From IMG/VR virus record IMGVR_UViG_3300007538_000020, positions 1-64,000 of that record: a DNA stretch of 64,000 nt. One strand, 5' to 3'. Position 1 is the stretch's first letter, and the number at the start of each line of letters is the position of its first letter. The translations under genes and the position numbers were made by a program. The notes below the pieces were generated by a model. It did no database searches and was not told where the DNA came from. It saw only the letters and a program-made list of their open reading frames with translations. This document shows, in pieces, positions 15,298-26,864 of this stretch. The DNA comes from a virus.

Positions 15298-17901
15298 TTG
15301 GATTTACTAAATTATTTTAAAGGAGATACTTTAGCGGCTGATGTATGGAAAGCTAAATATGCAGATAAAAAAGAAGTCACTCCAGATGATATGCATAAAA
15401 GATTAGCTAAAGAATTTGCTAAAATTGAAAATAATTATATAGGAAAAGAACATTCAGGTTCATGTTTACCTTCTATATTTAACAAATATAAAAAGAAACT
15501 ATCTGAATATGGTAAATCAAGAAAGGATTTAGATGAACAAGCTATTTATAATTTATTTAAAGATTTTAAATATATAATACCTCAAGGTAGTATAATGGCT
15601 ACTTTAGGTACTAGTAAAATAGCAAGTTTATCTAATTGTTTTTTAGTAGATTCTCCTAAAGATTCCTATGGTGGGATACTAAAAACTGATGAAGAATTAG
15701 CCCAATTAATGAAGCGTAGAGGTGGTGTTGGTGTAGATTTATCTACTTTAAGACCAGCAACTACTGAAGTTAATAATGCAGCAGGTTCTTCTACAGGAGT
15801 AGTATCCTTTATGGAAAGATATTCTAATACAACAAGAGAAGTAGCACAAGATGGTCGTAGAGGTGCTTTAATGTTGTCAATAGATGTTAATCATCCTGAT
15901 ATCTTAGAATTTACTAAAATTAAAAGAGATTTAACTAAAGTTACTGGGGCTAATATATCTATTAAACTCAATAAAGAGTTTATGAATTCAGTAAAAAATA
16001 ATGAAGATTATATACTTAGATTTCCTTGTGATGGAAGTTTAAATCCTTTGAGTATCGATTATCGAAATATTGAAGAAATTCCTTTTAATGAATTAATTCA
16101 TATAAAAGAAACAAATACTTACTATAAAAAAATAAAAGCTAAAGAACTTTGGGATGAAATAATTAAATCAGCACATGGTGTAGCAGAACCAGGTTTAATG
16201 TTTTGGGATAATATGATAGAGTATTCTCCTGATGGAGTTTATTCTGAATATAAACCATTAGGTACTAATCCTTGTGGTGAAATTCCATTACAACCTTATG
16301 ATGCTTGTCGTTTAATGGCTATAAATTTATATTCTTTTGTAAAAAATCCATTTACTAAAGATGCTAAATTTAATTATAAAAAGTTATATGAAGTAGCTTA
16401 TGAACAACAAAGATTAGCAGATGATTTAATTGATTTAGAATTAATACAAATAGATAAAATAATAGATAAAATACACAAGGATCCAGAACCATGGGAAGTA
16501 AAAGAAAGAGAATTTAATTTATGGAATAAGATACGAAATACAGCGAAAGCTAGTAGACGTACTGGTTGTGGTGGTACTGCTTTAGGTGATGCTTTAGCAG
16601 CTTTAAATCTTAAATATGACTCTGATGAAGCATTAAAAGTTATAGAAGAAATATCTAAAACTAAAATGAAAGGAGAATTAGATTGTACTATAGATTTAGC
16701 TATTTTAAGAGAACCTTTTGATAATTGGAATAGCAATTTAGAATACACTAAAGATTTTAAAGTTAAGGGTAATAATTCTTTTTATACTTTTATAGCTAGA
16801 GAATATCCAGAACAATATAGTAGAATGTTATTACATGGTCGTAGGAACGTTTCCTGGAGTACTTATGCTCCTACTGGTACAGTTTCTTTAATGACTCAAA
16901 CATCTAGCGGTATTGAGCCTGTATTCATGGCATATTATAAAAGAAGAAAGAAAATTAATCCTAATGATAAAGATGTTAGAGTAGATTTTGTAGACCAAAA
17001 TGGAGATTCTTGGCAAGAGTATTTTGTAGTACATCCTAAATTTAAAGATTGGTATAATAATTCTGATTTAAGAGGGTTAAAAGGTGCTTATTTCGATTCT
17101 ATTAATTGGACTGAAGAAGGCATAAGTAAAGTATATAAAGAATCTCCTTATTATAATGCTTGTGCTAATGATATAGATTGGACTAAAAGAGTTGAAATCC
17201 AATCTATAATTCAAAAGTATACTACACATAGCATTAGTTCTACTATTAATTTACCTGAAGATGTATCATTAGATTCTGTATCAAAGATATATCTTAAATC
17301 TTATGAACTAGGATTAAAAGGTATTACTGTATATAGAGATGGTTCTAGAAGTGGTGTATTAGTATCTAATAAAGAAACTAAAGATAACCAATTTAAACAA
17401 CACGACGCTCCTAAACGTCCAAAACAATTAAAAGCTGAAGCACATTCAGTTAGAATTAAAGGAGAACTATTCAATGTATTAGTAGGTCTATATGATGATA
17501 AACCTTATGAAATATTTTGTACTAGTGATGGTGACTCTAATTTAAAAGGTGAAGGAACTTTAACTAAACAAGCAAGTGGTAAATATTGCTTTAAATTAAA
17601 TAATTCTGATTTAGATAACTGTATTGTAGATACTTTAACTGATGAACAAGAAACTATTACCAGATTAGTAAGTACATCATTAAGACATGGTTCTAACATT
17701 AAATTCATAGTAGAACAACTTAATAAAACTAAAGGAGATTTGACTTCTTATTCTAAAGCAATTTCAAGAATATTGAAACGATATATTTCTGATGATGAAG
17801 AAATATCATCTAAAGAAACTTGTGATAATTGTGGAAGTACTAATTTAGTTAGAGAAGAAGGTTGTTTAAAATGTGCTGATTGTGGAAGTAGTAAATGTTA
17901 A
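15298..17901 (+). CDS. nrdJ: Adenosylcobalamin-dependent (class II) ribonucleotide reductase
   Basis: SNCF, RRGA, TNPCGEIPL, APTGT, KGITVYRDGSR motifs; C-terminal Zn ribbon; no NrdB gene nearby. Confidence 0.93.
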   Translation: MDLLNYFKGDTLAADVWKAKYADKKEVTPDDMHKRLAKEFAKIENNYIGKEHSGSCLPSIFNKYKKKLSEYGKSRKDLDEQAIYNLFKDFKYIIPQGSIMATLGTSKIASLSNCFLVDSPKDSYGGILKTDEELAQLMKRRGGVGVDLSTLRPATTEVNNAAGSSTGVVSFMERYSNTTREVAQDGRRGALMLSIDVNHPDILEFTKIKRDLTKVTGANISIKLNKEFMNSVKNNEDYILRFPCDGSLNPLSIDYRNIEEIPFNELIHIKETNTYYKKIKAKELWDEIIKSAHGVAEPGLMFWDNMIEYSPDGVYSEYKPLGTNPCGEIPLQPYDACRLMAINLYSFVKNPFTKDAKFNYKKLYEVAYEQQRLADDLIDLELIQIDKIIDKIHKDPEPWEVKEREFNLWNKIRNTAKASRRTGCGGTALGDALAALNLKYDSDEALKVIEEISKTKMKGELDCTIDLAILREPFDNWNSNLEYTKDFKVKGNNSFYTFIAREYPEQYSRMLLHGRRNVSWSTYAPTGTVSLMTQTSSGIEPVFMAYYKRRKKINPNDKDVRVDFVDQNGDSWQEYFVVHPKFKDWYNNSDLRGLKGAYFDSINWTEEGISKVYKESPYYNACANDIDWTKRVEIQSIIQKYTTHSISSTINLPEDVSLDSVSKIYLKSYELGLKGITVYRDGSRSGVLVSNKETKDNQFKQHDAPKRPKQLKAEAHSVRIKGELFNVLVGLYDDKPYEIFCTSDGDSNLKGEGTLTKQASGKYCFKLNNSDLDNCIVDTLTDEQETITRLVSTSLRHGSNIKFIVEQLNKTKGDLTSYSKAISRILKRYISDDEEISSKETCDNCGSTNLVREEGCLKCADCGSSKC

Positions 17902-17927
17902 TTTTTAAATTTTAATAATTTTTAATA

Positions 17928-18917
17928 ATGAATGAATATGTTAAAAAAAATGTAAAAGATTATTTATGTACTTATTATCAATGTTTCAACGATCCAGTTG
18001 ATAAATATTTAAGAGTATTTGGTAATTTAACTAATTGTCATGAAGACTTTAGATGTACTAGAATAAAAGATGTAAGGCATATTTTCTTTAAGTTAAGTAA
18101 ATCAGTATTAACATCAGAATTATTTAATATTTTATTTAATAAATTAGTTAAAGAAGGACATAACGTTTCAATCGATGATAACTTATTTATAATAATTTAT
18201 GAATCTTCTGATTCTAATCATTATAAATGGTTTTTATTTGAATTATCACGATCTATTATATTGAATTACTATATATTAGATAAAATAAAGAATTCAGATA
18301 AAAACTTGTTATTAAAAGTAACAAAAAGATATAACGTATATAATACTTTACAGTTTTTGTTTTATTATTTAAGTTCTTTTGGAAATAACAATTTTATTCC
18401 TAAAAATATGTATTATAGTACTATTAGTATTAAAATATTTTTGTTACATAATTATGTTTTTGGTCTATCTGATATGACAAATTTAAGTCAATATAGTTAT
18501 CAATTTAAACCTGATATAATTACTTATAATACATATATACAGTTATTACAAACAATACGTAATAATGCTGTATTAAGTTTTAATCACAATAGTAAAAAAA
18601 CTATTGTTAATAAAATTAACTTATTAATTAAAAAGAAATTAATAATAACTGATAACAATCCATTATTTTCTAATATTAAAGAAGTATTGTTAGATACTAG
18701 AAAAAAAAGTACAAAAGAAAATATTACATTGGATAAAAACACATCAAAATTGTTATATGATGATGTTGAACAAGAATCTAAAATATTAAGAAAAAAATAT
18801 TTGCCTATAAAAAAAATAACTTCTATAGAAGAAGCGGAATTATTTTATAGACAATATAACAAAGACTTTAAACAATTATTAAACAAGTTTATTAAACACT
18901 TAAAATATTTTAACTGA
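17928..18917 (+). CDS. Hypothetical protein
   Basis: ORF track; coupled to the next gene. Confidence 0.7.
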   Translation: MNEYVKKNVKDYLCTYYQCFNDPVDKYLRVFGNLTNCHEDFRCTRIKDVRHIFFKLSKSVLTSELFNILFNKLVKEGHNVSIDDNLFIIIYESSDSNHYKWFLFELSRSIILNYYILDKIKNSDKNLLLKVTKRYNVYNTLQFLFYYLSSFGNNNFIPKNMYYSTISIKIFLLHNYVFGLSDMTNLSQYSYQFKPDIITYNTYIQLLQTIRNNAVLSFNHNSKKTIVNKINLLIKKKLIITDNNPLFSNIKEVLLDTRKKSTKENITLDKNTSKLLYDDVEQESKILRKKYLPIKKITSIEEAELFYRQYNKDFKQLLNKFIKHLKYFN

Positions 18918-20086
18918 TGAGAAAACCTATTATTGGAATTGTTGGTAAAAAAATTATTAATTCTAAAGGAGGTTTCAGTTATGGAATTCCTGGTCCTTAT
19001 TGGCGTTGGTTATCAATGTTCGGAAGAGTTAAAATGATTAACTTTGATGAATATGATGATACTATAGATGTTCTTGTATTACCTGGTGGTGCTGACGTTT
19101 ATCCTTTAAGATATAAGGAAATACCTCAAATAGAAACAGGTTATCCTGATATTTATATGGAATATTTTGATATTGAAATATTACCTAAATATGTAAATAA
19201 TCCGAGTATTCACATTTTTGGTATTTGTAGAGGTTTACAAACTTTAGCTGTTCATTTCGGTTTAAAATTAGACCAGGATATATCTCAGGAATATTCAGAT
19301 ACATCAAGAGATAAAAGAGTAGATACACTTGAATTTGTTTCATTAAATTTACTACAAGTAAATCTTCAAAAACATTTAAAGAAAAATAAGAAATATCAAG
19401 TTAATAGTTTACATCACCAAGCTGTTAATGATTCTGAATTTATAGTTGAAATTCAAGAAGGTTTAGCGACTAATAATGATATTGTTCTTGTAGCAAAAAA
19501 TAAAGATTTTGGTAATGTTGAAATATTAGATTTTAGTAATTGTACTAAATTAAAATATTATTCAAAATCTATTGTTGGAGTTCAATATCATCCTGAAGAA
19601 TTACTTGATGATTTATATTCTAATTATACATTAAGAACTATGTGTAATATTGCTGTTACTAATACAAAAAATAAAAATACAAGTAGAGAACAAGAATTAG
19701 CAGAAGTATATCATAAAGAAGTAGAAAGAATTAAAAGAGAAAAAATAGTAAAAGATGTATTTAACTCTATGTCTGAAGAGCCTGCAAGTATACCTATACC
19801 TGATAATTCTAAAGATTCACTTAATTTTACTTATTATAGTAATGAAAGAGGTGAATTTATTAAACATCCTACTTTAGAAACAGATATAGTTAAAAAAGAA
19901 AATAAAGAAGAAGAAGTAGATTTAGATTGGTTAGATGAAAAGATTGATGATACAGATGGTAATGAAGTAGAACCAACTCTTGAAAAAGAAATTAATGAAG
20001 TACCTTTAACTGAAGATTCTCTTAAAAAATCAATTGAAACTATTTTTGATAATACAAGAAAAAATAAAGTAAAAAAGATTAATTAA
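18917..20086 (+). CDS. Class I glutamine amidotransferase / peptidase C26 (gamma-glutamyl hydrolase-like) with acidic C-terminal extension
   Basis: PGGADV, GICRGLQ, VNSLHHQAV, QYHPE catalytic triad motifs. Confidence 0.88.
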   Translation: MRKPIIGIVGKKIINSKGGFSYGIPGPYWRWLSMFGRVKMINFDEYDDTIDVLVLPGGADVYPLRYKEIPQIETGYPDIYMEYFDIEILPKYVNNPSIHIFGICRGLQTLAVHFGLKLDQDISQEYSDTSRDKRVDTLEFVSLNLLQVNLQKHLKKNKKYQVNSLHHQAVNDSEFIVEIQEGLATNNDIVLVAKNKDFGNVEILDFSNCTKLKYYSKSIVGVQYHPEELLDDLYSNYTLRTMCNIAVTNTKNKNTSREQELAEVYHKEVERIKREKIVKDVFNSMSEEPASIPIPDNSKDSLNFTYYSNERGEFIKHPTLETDIVKKENKEEEVDLDWLDEKIDDTDGNEVEPTLEKEINEVPLTEDSLKKSIETIFDNTRKNKVKKIN

Positions 20087-20104
20087 TTAAACTAACAAAA
20101 CAAT

Positions 20105-20923
20105 ATGTTAACAATTGACAAAATAGGTTCTGATATGGAAGTTTTTGTTAAAGACATTCATACAGAAGATATAACACCAATTATAGGTTATTTAGGAGGT
20201 ACAAAATACGACCCTAAAGAAATAGAACCTGGTTTTTTTGTACAAGAGGATAATGTTGCAGCAGAATATAATATTCCACCTTGTAACAATAAAGAAGAAT
20301 TTGTGAATAATTTATTTAAAGGTTTAAATATTGTTGAAAAATTAGTAGCTGAAAGTGATTTAACAATAAGCTACAAAGAAACACATGAATTTAAACCTTA
20401 TGAATTAACAGACCCTAAAGCATTAGAAATAGGTTGTGAACCAGATTATAATGCATGGACAAATAAAATTAATAAAAAGGTTCAAGGTCACGAAACAAAT
20501 ATCAGAACTTGTGGAGGACATATTCATATTTCTTTTAAAGAAATTGACCAATTAAATACACCTAAAACAGAAAAGTTTATAATTAATTTTTGTAAAGCTT
20601 TAGATTTATTCTTAGCTGTTCCTTTATTAGCTTACGAAAGTGATAGTAATAGAAGACAATTATATGGTAAAGCTGGTTCTTACAGGAATAAAGTGTATGG
20701 ATTTGAATATAGAACTTTAAGTAATGTATTTTTAAAAGATAGGAAATTAGCTGAATTTGTATATGATGGTATATTTAATGCTTATAATTATTGTCTAACT
20801 ACAACTATTGATGATGAAAGAATCAGAGATATTATAGACAATAATAAAAAGATAGAAGCTACTATTTTATGCGAAGTGTATAAATTACCTATTCCTAATG
20901 AAATAGTATATGACAACAAGTAA
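20105..20923 (+). CDS. phiEco32-like COOH-NH2 ligase type 2
   Basis: GSDMEVF, QEDNVAAEYNIPP, GCEPDYNAW, RTCGGHIH, RRQLYGKAG, EYRTLSN. Confidence 0.88.
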   Translation: MLTIDKIGSDMEVFVKDIHTEDITPIIGYLGGTKYDPKEIEPGFFVQEDNVAAEYNIPPCNNKEEFVNNLFKGLNIVEKLVAESDLTISYKETHEFKPYELTDPKALEIGCEPDYNAWTNKINKKVQGHETNIRTCGGHIHISFKEIDQLNTPKTEKFIINFCKALDLFLAVPLLAYESDSNRRQLYGKAGSYRNKVYGFEYRTLSNVFLKDRKLAEFVYDGIFNAYNYCLTTTIDDERIRDIIDNNKKIEATILCEVYKLPIPNEIVYDNK

Positions 20924-21257
20924 GTTCTCTGAAGGTTCTAAAGTAGAACTTTATAGAGATCATCAAAATAAGAAAGGTTATTTTGGGGAAGGAGTTTTAA
21001 TAAGACTCCTTTCTCAAGGATTACCTTATATGATTGATGATAAAACAGACCAATATTTTGTTTCACATTTATGGAGTATTCAGGTATTGAATTCAAATCA
21101 TTATACAAAAGGACAAAGAATTCAATTAAGAATAAGAGAACCTTATTATAATAACAAAGTAGAAGATAAAGAAGACGATGAAGAAGAAACTAAAAATGAT
21201 TCTTACAATGCTATAAATGATAATTTTATAGAATTTGATGGTGTTGAATCATTTTAA
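20910..21257 (+). CDS. Hypothetical protein
   Basis: ORF track. Confidence 0.65.
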   Translation: MTTSKFSEGSKVELYRDHQNKKGYFGEGVLIRLLSQGLPYMIDDKTDQYFVSHLWSIQVLNSNHYTKGQRIQLRIREPYYNNKVEDKEDDEEETKNDSYNAINDNFIEFDGVESF

Positions 21258-21285
21258 ATAATGAATAAAAAGTAAATAAGTATAA

Positions 21286-23208
21286 GTGTTTAAATATTAT
21301 AGTTATGATATAGAAATAATGAAAAACTTCTTTTCAATAACGTTTATAAACAATCAAAATACCAAAGAAAAACAAATATTTATAATATCTAAAAATAGAA
21401 CAGAAGAATTTAATAAATCTAATTTCTTAAGTTTAAAGAAATTTGTTATTAATAAAAATTATAAAATTAAATTATCAGGATATAATAATGCTTCTTTTGA
21501 TGATATAATATTAAATTATATTCTAATGAAAGAAGAGTTTGATAATGATAGTTTTATTAATGATATATTCTACTATTCTGATTTAGTAATTAAAAATAGT
21601 AACTTAGGTATACTATACTATGATGAATCAACTAGAAATAGTATATTATTTAATAGAAATAATAAATACTATATTTCTATAGATTTGATGAAAATTTATG
21701 ATTCTTTGGATTCTAAGAGAATAAGTCTCAAACAAGTAGCTATTGCCTTAAAATGGCCTAAAATACAAGATATGCCTTATTCTTTTAAGAATTCTATTAC
21801 TCTAGAACAAGAAGAAGAAATCATAGATTATAATGTTAATGACACTTTAATAACAAATAAACTCTTACATAATTCTCTTGATATTCTAAAATTAAGAGAT
21901 TTAGTTTCACATAAATACAATATTAATGTATTAAGTGATTCTAAAAGTAAGATTGCAAATAAAATATTATCTAGTTATTATTCCAAAGAAACAGGTTTAG
22001 ATTATAAAGATTTTAAAGGAGAAAGAACTTTCAGATCTTTTTTTAGATTAAAAGAATGTATATTTCCTAATATTCAATTTAAATCTGAATTTTTTAATAA
22101 AGAATTAGAATCTTTAAAAGAAATAGTTATTGATGGAGAAAATACCAAATCTCCTTTTGATAAAACAATAACCTTTGATGGTGTAACTTATACTCTTGGT
22201 GTAGGTGGATTACATTCTCAGGATAATGCAGGTTATTTTGAATCTAATGATAAAGAAGATATAATAGATGCTGATGTTAGTTCTTACTATCCTAGAATAA
22301 TGATAGAATATGGAATTAAACCAGAACATTTATCTAATAAGTTTTTAGATATATTAAAAACAATAACAGAACAAAGATTAGAGGCTAAGAAAAATAAAGA
22401 TTCTATTACAGCTGATTCATTAAAAATCGTTATTAATAGTACTTTTGGTAAATTAGGTTCTAAGTTATTATGGCTTTATGATCCTAAAGCTATGATAGAA
22501 GTAACTATTAATGGTCAATTATTTTTATTAATGTTAATTGAAGAATTAGTTCTTAACGGTATAAAAGTAATATCTGCTAATACTGATGGTATATTGTCAA
22601 TAGTACCTAAAGATAAGAAAGAATTATATGATTCTATATGTAAAAATTGGCAAAAATATACTTCTATGGATTTAGAATTTATTAAATATAATAAATACAT
22701 TAGAAGAGATGTTAATGCTTATATAAGTATAGAACAAAATACAAATAAAGTTAAAACTAAAGGAATATTTAATAACACAATAGATATAGAAAAAGGTTAT
22801 GATAAACCTATAGTATCTATTGCTTTATATAATTATTATGTAAATAATATTCCTATAGAAGAAACTATATATAATCATAAAGATATTTATGATTTTTGTA
22901 TTTCTCAAAAGATAGGTAGCCAGTTTAATATGGTTACAAGAGATATTAAAAATGGTACTATACAAGAAAAAAAGATACAAAAAACTAATAGATTCTTTGT
23001 ATCTAAAGGAGGTATATTAATACAAAAAAAGAAAAGTGATAATAAATATGATAGTATAGTTGCTAAAAAATCTCTTACTTTATTTAATGATTATTATGAA
23101 GTAGAAGATTTTAAAGACTATAGAATAGATTATAAATATTACATAAATTCTACAAGAGACATTGTTAATTTAATTACACCAAATATTGTTCAGAAAACTT
23201 TATTCTAA
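21286..23208 (+). CDS. polB: Family B DNA polymerase with 3'-5' exonuclease
   Basis: YDIE, GYNN..FDD, DADVSSYYP, KIVINSTFGK, NTDG. Confidence 0.93.
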   Translation: MFKYYSYDIEIMKNFFSITFINNQNTKEKQIFIISKNRTEEFNKSNFLSLKKFVINKNYKIKLSGYNNASFDDIILNYILMKEEFDNDSFINDIFYYSDLVIKNSNLGILYYDESTRNSILFNRNNKYYISIDLMKIYDSLDSKRISLKQVAIALKWPKIQDMPYSFKNSITLEQEEEIIDYNVNDTLITNKLLHNSLDILKLRDLVSHKYNINVLSDSKSKIANKILSSYYSKETGLDYKDFKGERTFRSFFRLKECIFPNIQFKSEFFNKELESLKEIVIDGENTKSPFDKTITFDGVTYTLGVGGLHSQDNAGYFESNDKEDIIDADVSSYYPRIMIEYGIKPEHLSNKFLDILKTITEQRLEAKKNKDSITADSLKIVINSTFGKLGSKLLWLYDPKAMIEVTINGQLFLLMLIEELVLNGIKVISANTDGILSIVPKDKKELYDSICKNWQKYTSMDLEFIKYNKYIRRDVNAYISIEQNTNKVKTKGIFNNTIDIEKGYDKPIVSIALYNYYVNNIPIEETIYNHKDIYDFCISQKIGSQFNMVTRDIKNGTIQEKKIQKTNRFFVSKGGILIQKKKSDNKYDSIVAKKSLTLFNDYYEVEDFKDYRIDYKYYINSTRDIVNLITPNIVQKTLF

Positions 23209-23364
23209 TGAGTTCAGAAAATATAAAAGATATTGATGCTTTATATGAGAAATTAAACTATTATAATAGGATGCATTGTGTAGTTAAATCCAGAGAGATA
23301 AAAGCTAAAATGATGCAACTTAAATTGAATATAGAAAAAGAGATAATTAGGTTAGAAAAGAAAT

Positions 23365-24522
23365 TTGGAAAATAAAAGAGAAATAAGACATAAAGAAGCG
23401 TTTGACAAATGGTATGAAAATAATAAAAAAGGATTAATACAAGCTGCAACTGGATTTGGTAAATCTAAAGTAGCTATTAATATCTTAAAAGAAGAAGTAT
23501 CTAATAATAAAAAGTTGAAGGTATTGTTATTATCTCCAACTCATAGTATTTTAGAAAACTGGAAATCAGAATTTGAATATTGGAAATTTGATTATAATAA
23601 ATATAAGATTGATTTCCAATGTTATCAAAGTGCTTATAAATTTAAAGATAATCATTATAACTTAGTTATAGCAGATGAAATACATAATAGTTTAGATAAT
23701 GAATATGAAGCTTTCTTTCATAATAACACTTATGATTCTATTCTATCTTTATCTGCTGAAGTACCTAAAGATAAATTATTTAATTTAACTAAGATATCTC
23801 CTGTTGTATATAATTATTCTTTAAATCAAGGTATAGAAGATGGTTTCATAGCTCCTTTTGATGTGTATGTTATATTACATACATTAGATGATAAAAATAA
23901 ATACATTCAATCAGGTAGTAAAAAAGTTACTTTTTTTACTACAGAATTAAAGCAATATAAATACTTAACCAGTCAAATATTTGCTGCCAGATTCGCTAAA
24001 AATGTATTTTATGAAAGAAAATTATTAGGAGATAGAATGAGGTTAGTATATAACCTTGAATCCAAAGATAATTCTTGTAAGATATTAATAGAAGAATTAG
24101 CTAAAAGAGGAGAATTCACTCTAGTATTCACTGAATTGTCTAAATCATTAGACAGATTAACAGAGAACGGAATTCACTCTAATAAATCAGAAGAAGAAAA
24201 TAATAAGATAAAACAACAATTTATAGAGAATTCTATTAATACAATAGGTTCTTGTAAAATGTTAAAAGAAGGAGTAACATTATCTACTGTAAATAATATT
24301 ATCTTACATAGTTTTAATTCTAAAACGCTAAACTTTATACAAAGAATAGGTAGAGGATTAAGATATGAAGAAAATAAAAAAGCAAAAATATTTATATATA
24401 AAACCTTAAATACAGTAGAAGAAAAATGGTTTGAAAATATGATTAAATCAACTAACTTTAATATAAAATACTTATCTACTAGTTCAGTTGATTTTAAAAA
24501 AGACTTACAAAATATATTATGA
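23365..24522 (+). CDS. Superfamily 2 (DExH) helicase
   Basis: ATGFGKS, DEIH, QRIGRGLR. Confidence 0.9.
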   Translation: MENKREIRHKEAFDKWYENNKKGLIQAATGFGKSKVAINILKEEVSNNKKLKVLLLSPTHSILENWKSEFEYWKFDYNKYKIDFQCYQSAYKFKDNHYNLVIADEIHNSLDNEYEAFFHNNTYDSILSLSAEVPKDKLFNLTKISPVVYNYSLNQGIEDGFIAPFDVYVILHTLDDKNKYIQSGSKKVTFFTTELKQYKYLTSQIFAARFAKNVFYERKLLGDRMRLVYNLESKDNSCKILIEELAKRGEFTLVFTELSKSLDRLTENGIHSNKSEEENNKIKQQFIENSINTIGSCKMLKEGVTLSTVNNIILHSFNSKTLNFIQRIGRGLRYEENKKAKIFIYKTLNTVEEKWFENMIKSTNFNIKYLSTSSVDFKKDLQNIL

Positions 24523-25172
24523 GCAAAGAACAAACTATAAAGGATTTTAGTAGATTATGTTTGGAGATGGAGTTAAGTCCTAATAGTTTGGTGTACATGT
24601 TTAATACTATAGATGATAGTATAAATGTAAGATTTAATGAATATTTAGAAAATATAAGTATAAATGAATTAGCTTTAAAAGGATATATAATTATAAAAGA
24701 TTATACTAATCCTTATAATTATACTATAAGTAATAAGTTTAATTCATTTGTTAATAAAATTGAAGTAAAAGAAGTAACTCCTATTTTAGAAAAACCTATA
24801 GTTGCTGAAAAAAGTATTAATCAAGTTAATCAATCTACAGATAAAGTAGAAGATTGGATTGAAGAATATAGAACTTTATTTGCTCCTGCAAAGACTAGTG
24901 GTGGTAGACCTATAAAAGGTAATAGAGATAATTGCATTTTTAAAATGAAAAAATTAATTAAAGATGCAAAAATAACAAAAGAAGAAATTATGGAAGCTAC
25001 TCAAGCTTATATGAGAGAAATGAAAAAACAAAATTATCAATACACTCAATGTGCTGATTATTTTATTTTCAAAGGTTCTGTAACAAATTCTAATTTATTA
25101 TCTTTTATAGAGAATTTAAGAGAAAATCCAGTATCAAATATTAATCAGGAAGATGATGATGAATGGATTTAA
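24519..25172 (+). CDS. Hypothetical replication-module protein
   Basis: Sits between the SF2 helicase and DnaB; acidic DDDEWI tail. Confidence 0.65.
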   Translation: MSKEQTIKDFSRLCLEMELSPNSLVYMFNTIDDSINVRFNEYLENISINELALKGYIIIKDYTNPYNYTISNKFNSFVNKIEVKEVTPILEKPIVAEKSINQVNQSTDKVEDWIEEYRTLFAPAKTSGGRPIKGNRDNCIFKMKKLIKDAKITKEEIMEATQAYMREMKKQNYQYTQCADYFIFKGSVTNSNLLSFIENLRENPVSNINQEDDDEWI

Positions 25173-26163
25173 GAATTTATTCAAAGCCACTTTAAGTAAT
25201 ATTAAAGAAGGTCTTATAGGAAAAAATAAAGGTTTAGAATTCAATAAAGATAACTTACTTGAATATTTACCTAATATTCAAAAAGGAACTTATTACGTAA
25301 TTGGAGGGGAAAGTGGATCTGGTAAAACAAGTTTTGTTGACGATGTTTTTGTATATTCTCCTTTAAAAAACTTAATAGAAACTAATTGTGATCTTAATAA
25401 AATATCTATATTATATTTTTCATTAGAAATTGATCCTGTTATAAAAACTGCAAAGTTTATAGGAAGAAGAATGTTTGAAAAATATAAAAGAGAATTAGAT
25501 ATAAATATTATTTTATCCAGAGGTAACTGTAAGTTAAGTGAAAGTTTCTTAAGTAAAATAGAAGAAGAAGAAGAGTTCTTTGAAAAGTTAAATTCCAGAA
25601 TAAAATATGTAACAAAAGGAGCTACTCCTTCTGGTATAAAAAAAGAAGTAGAAATATACTTAAAAGAATCTGGAAAGATAGATGATAACGGTAAAATAGA
25701 TAAAGACCATTACTTTATAATTATTGTAGACCATTTAAATTTAACTAAAAAAGAAACAGGTTTAAGTAAGAAAGAATCTATAGACGAAATTAGCAATTAT
25801 TTCGTTCAGATAAGAAATGAAATAGGAGTTATTCCAATTGTTATTCAGCAATTGAATAGAAATATGGTTAGTAATTCAGCTAGACTAACTAAGAATATGT
25901 ATGAACCTAAATTAGCTGATTTTAAAGAAACAGGAACTACTCAAGAAGATGCTAATGTTGTAATGGCTGTATTTAATCCATTCATTTATAAAATAGCTGA
26001 ATACAAAGGTTATGATATAAAAAAATATAAAGATAATTATAGATTTATAACATTTCTAAAAAATAGAGATGGTAAAAATGAAGGAGGAGTTTCTTTCTAT
26101 TATAATGGAAAAATAGGTTTATATACTGATATTGAAAATAAAGATAATACTTTATTAAATTGA
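25153..26163 (+). CDS. dnaB: DnaB-like replicative helicase
   Basis: GESGSGKT, FSLE, IVDH, QQLNR, KNRDG. Confidence 0.9.
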   Translation: MMMNGFKNLFKATLSNIKEGLIGKNKGLEFNKDNLLEYLPNIQKGTYYVIGGESGSGKTSFVDDVFVYSPLKNLIETNCDLNKISILYFSLEIDPVIKTAKFIGRRMFEKYKRELDINIILSRGNCKLSESFLSKIEEEEEFFEKLNSRIKYVTKGATPSGIKKEVEIYLKESGKIDDNGKIDKDHYFIIIVDHLNLTKKETGLSKKESIDEISNYFVQIRNEIGVIPIVIQQLNRNMVSNSARLTKNMYEPKLADFKETGTTQEDANVVMAVFNPFIYKIAEYKGYDIKKYKDNYRFITFLKNRDGKNEGGVSFYYNGKIGLYTDIENKDNTLLN

Positions 26164-26864
26164 ACAATTTAGAATTACCAAAAGCTAAAGTAAAAGCAAG
26201 TAAAAAGAATCCAAAAATATTAATATTATATGGAAGTCCTAAAGTAGGTAAAACTACTCTATTAAGTCAATTAGATAATTGCTTAATAATTGATTTAGAA
26301 AATGGAAGTAATCACGTAGACGCTTTAAAAATTAATGCATCTAACCCTGAAGAATTATATAAAATAGCACAAAAAATTAAAGAGTCTGGTAAGCCATATA
26401 AATATGTAGCTATTGATACTATTACCAAACTCGAAGAATGGTGTGAAGAATTAGCAACAAAAAAATATAAAGAAAGTCCTATTGGAAAAAACTTTCAAGG
26501 TGTTAGTGTACTAGAACTTCCTATGGGAGCTGGTTACAAATGGCTTAGAAACTCTTTTTCTCAATGGACTGATTTATTATCTGATTTAGCAGAAAATGTA
26601 ATATTTATAGGTCATTTAAAAGACAAATTTATTGTAGATAAAAGTGGTAAAGATGTTGCTGCTAAAGACCTACAATTAACAGGTAAGATACGAGATATTA
26701 CTTGCGCTAATGCAGATGCTATAGGCTATGTTTATAGATTTAAAAATGATATATGGGTATCATTTAAATCTCAAGATGATGTAGTTTGTGGAGCTAGACC
26801 AGACCATTTAAAAGGAGAAAATTTTGTATTTAATTGGAATAAAATTTATATTGATGAAAATTAA
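26160..26864 (+). CDS. AAA_24-type P-loop ATPase (Sak4-like annealing/recombination protein)
   Basis: YGSPKVGKTT, IDLENGS, IDTIT, IGH. Confidence 0.85.
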   Translation: MNNLELPKAKVKASKKNPKILILYGSPKVGKTTLLSQLDNCLIIDLENGSNHVDALKINASNPEELYKIAQKIKESGKPYKYVAIDTITKLEEWCEELATKKYKESPIGKNFQGVSVLELPMGAGYKWLRNSFSQWTDLLSDLAENVIFIGHLKDKFIVDKSGKDVAAKDLQLTGKIRDITCANADAIGYVYRFKNDIWVSFKSQDDVVCGARPDHLKGENFVFNWNKIYIDEN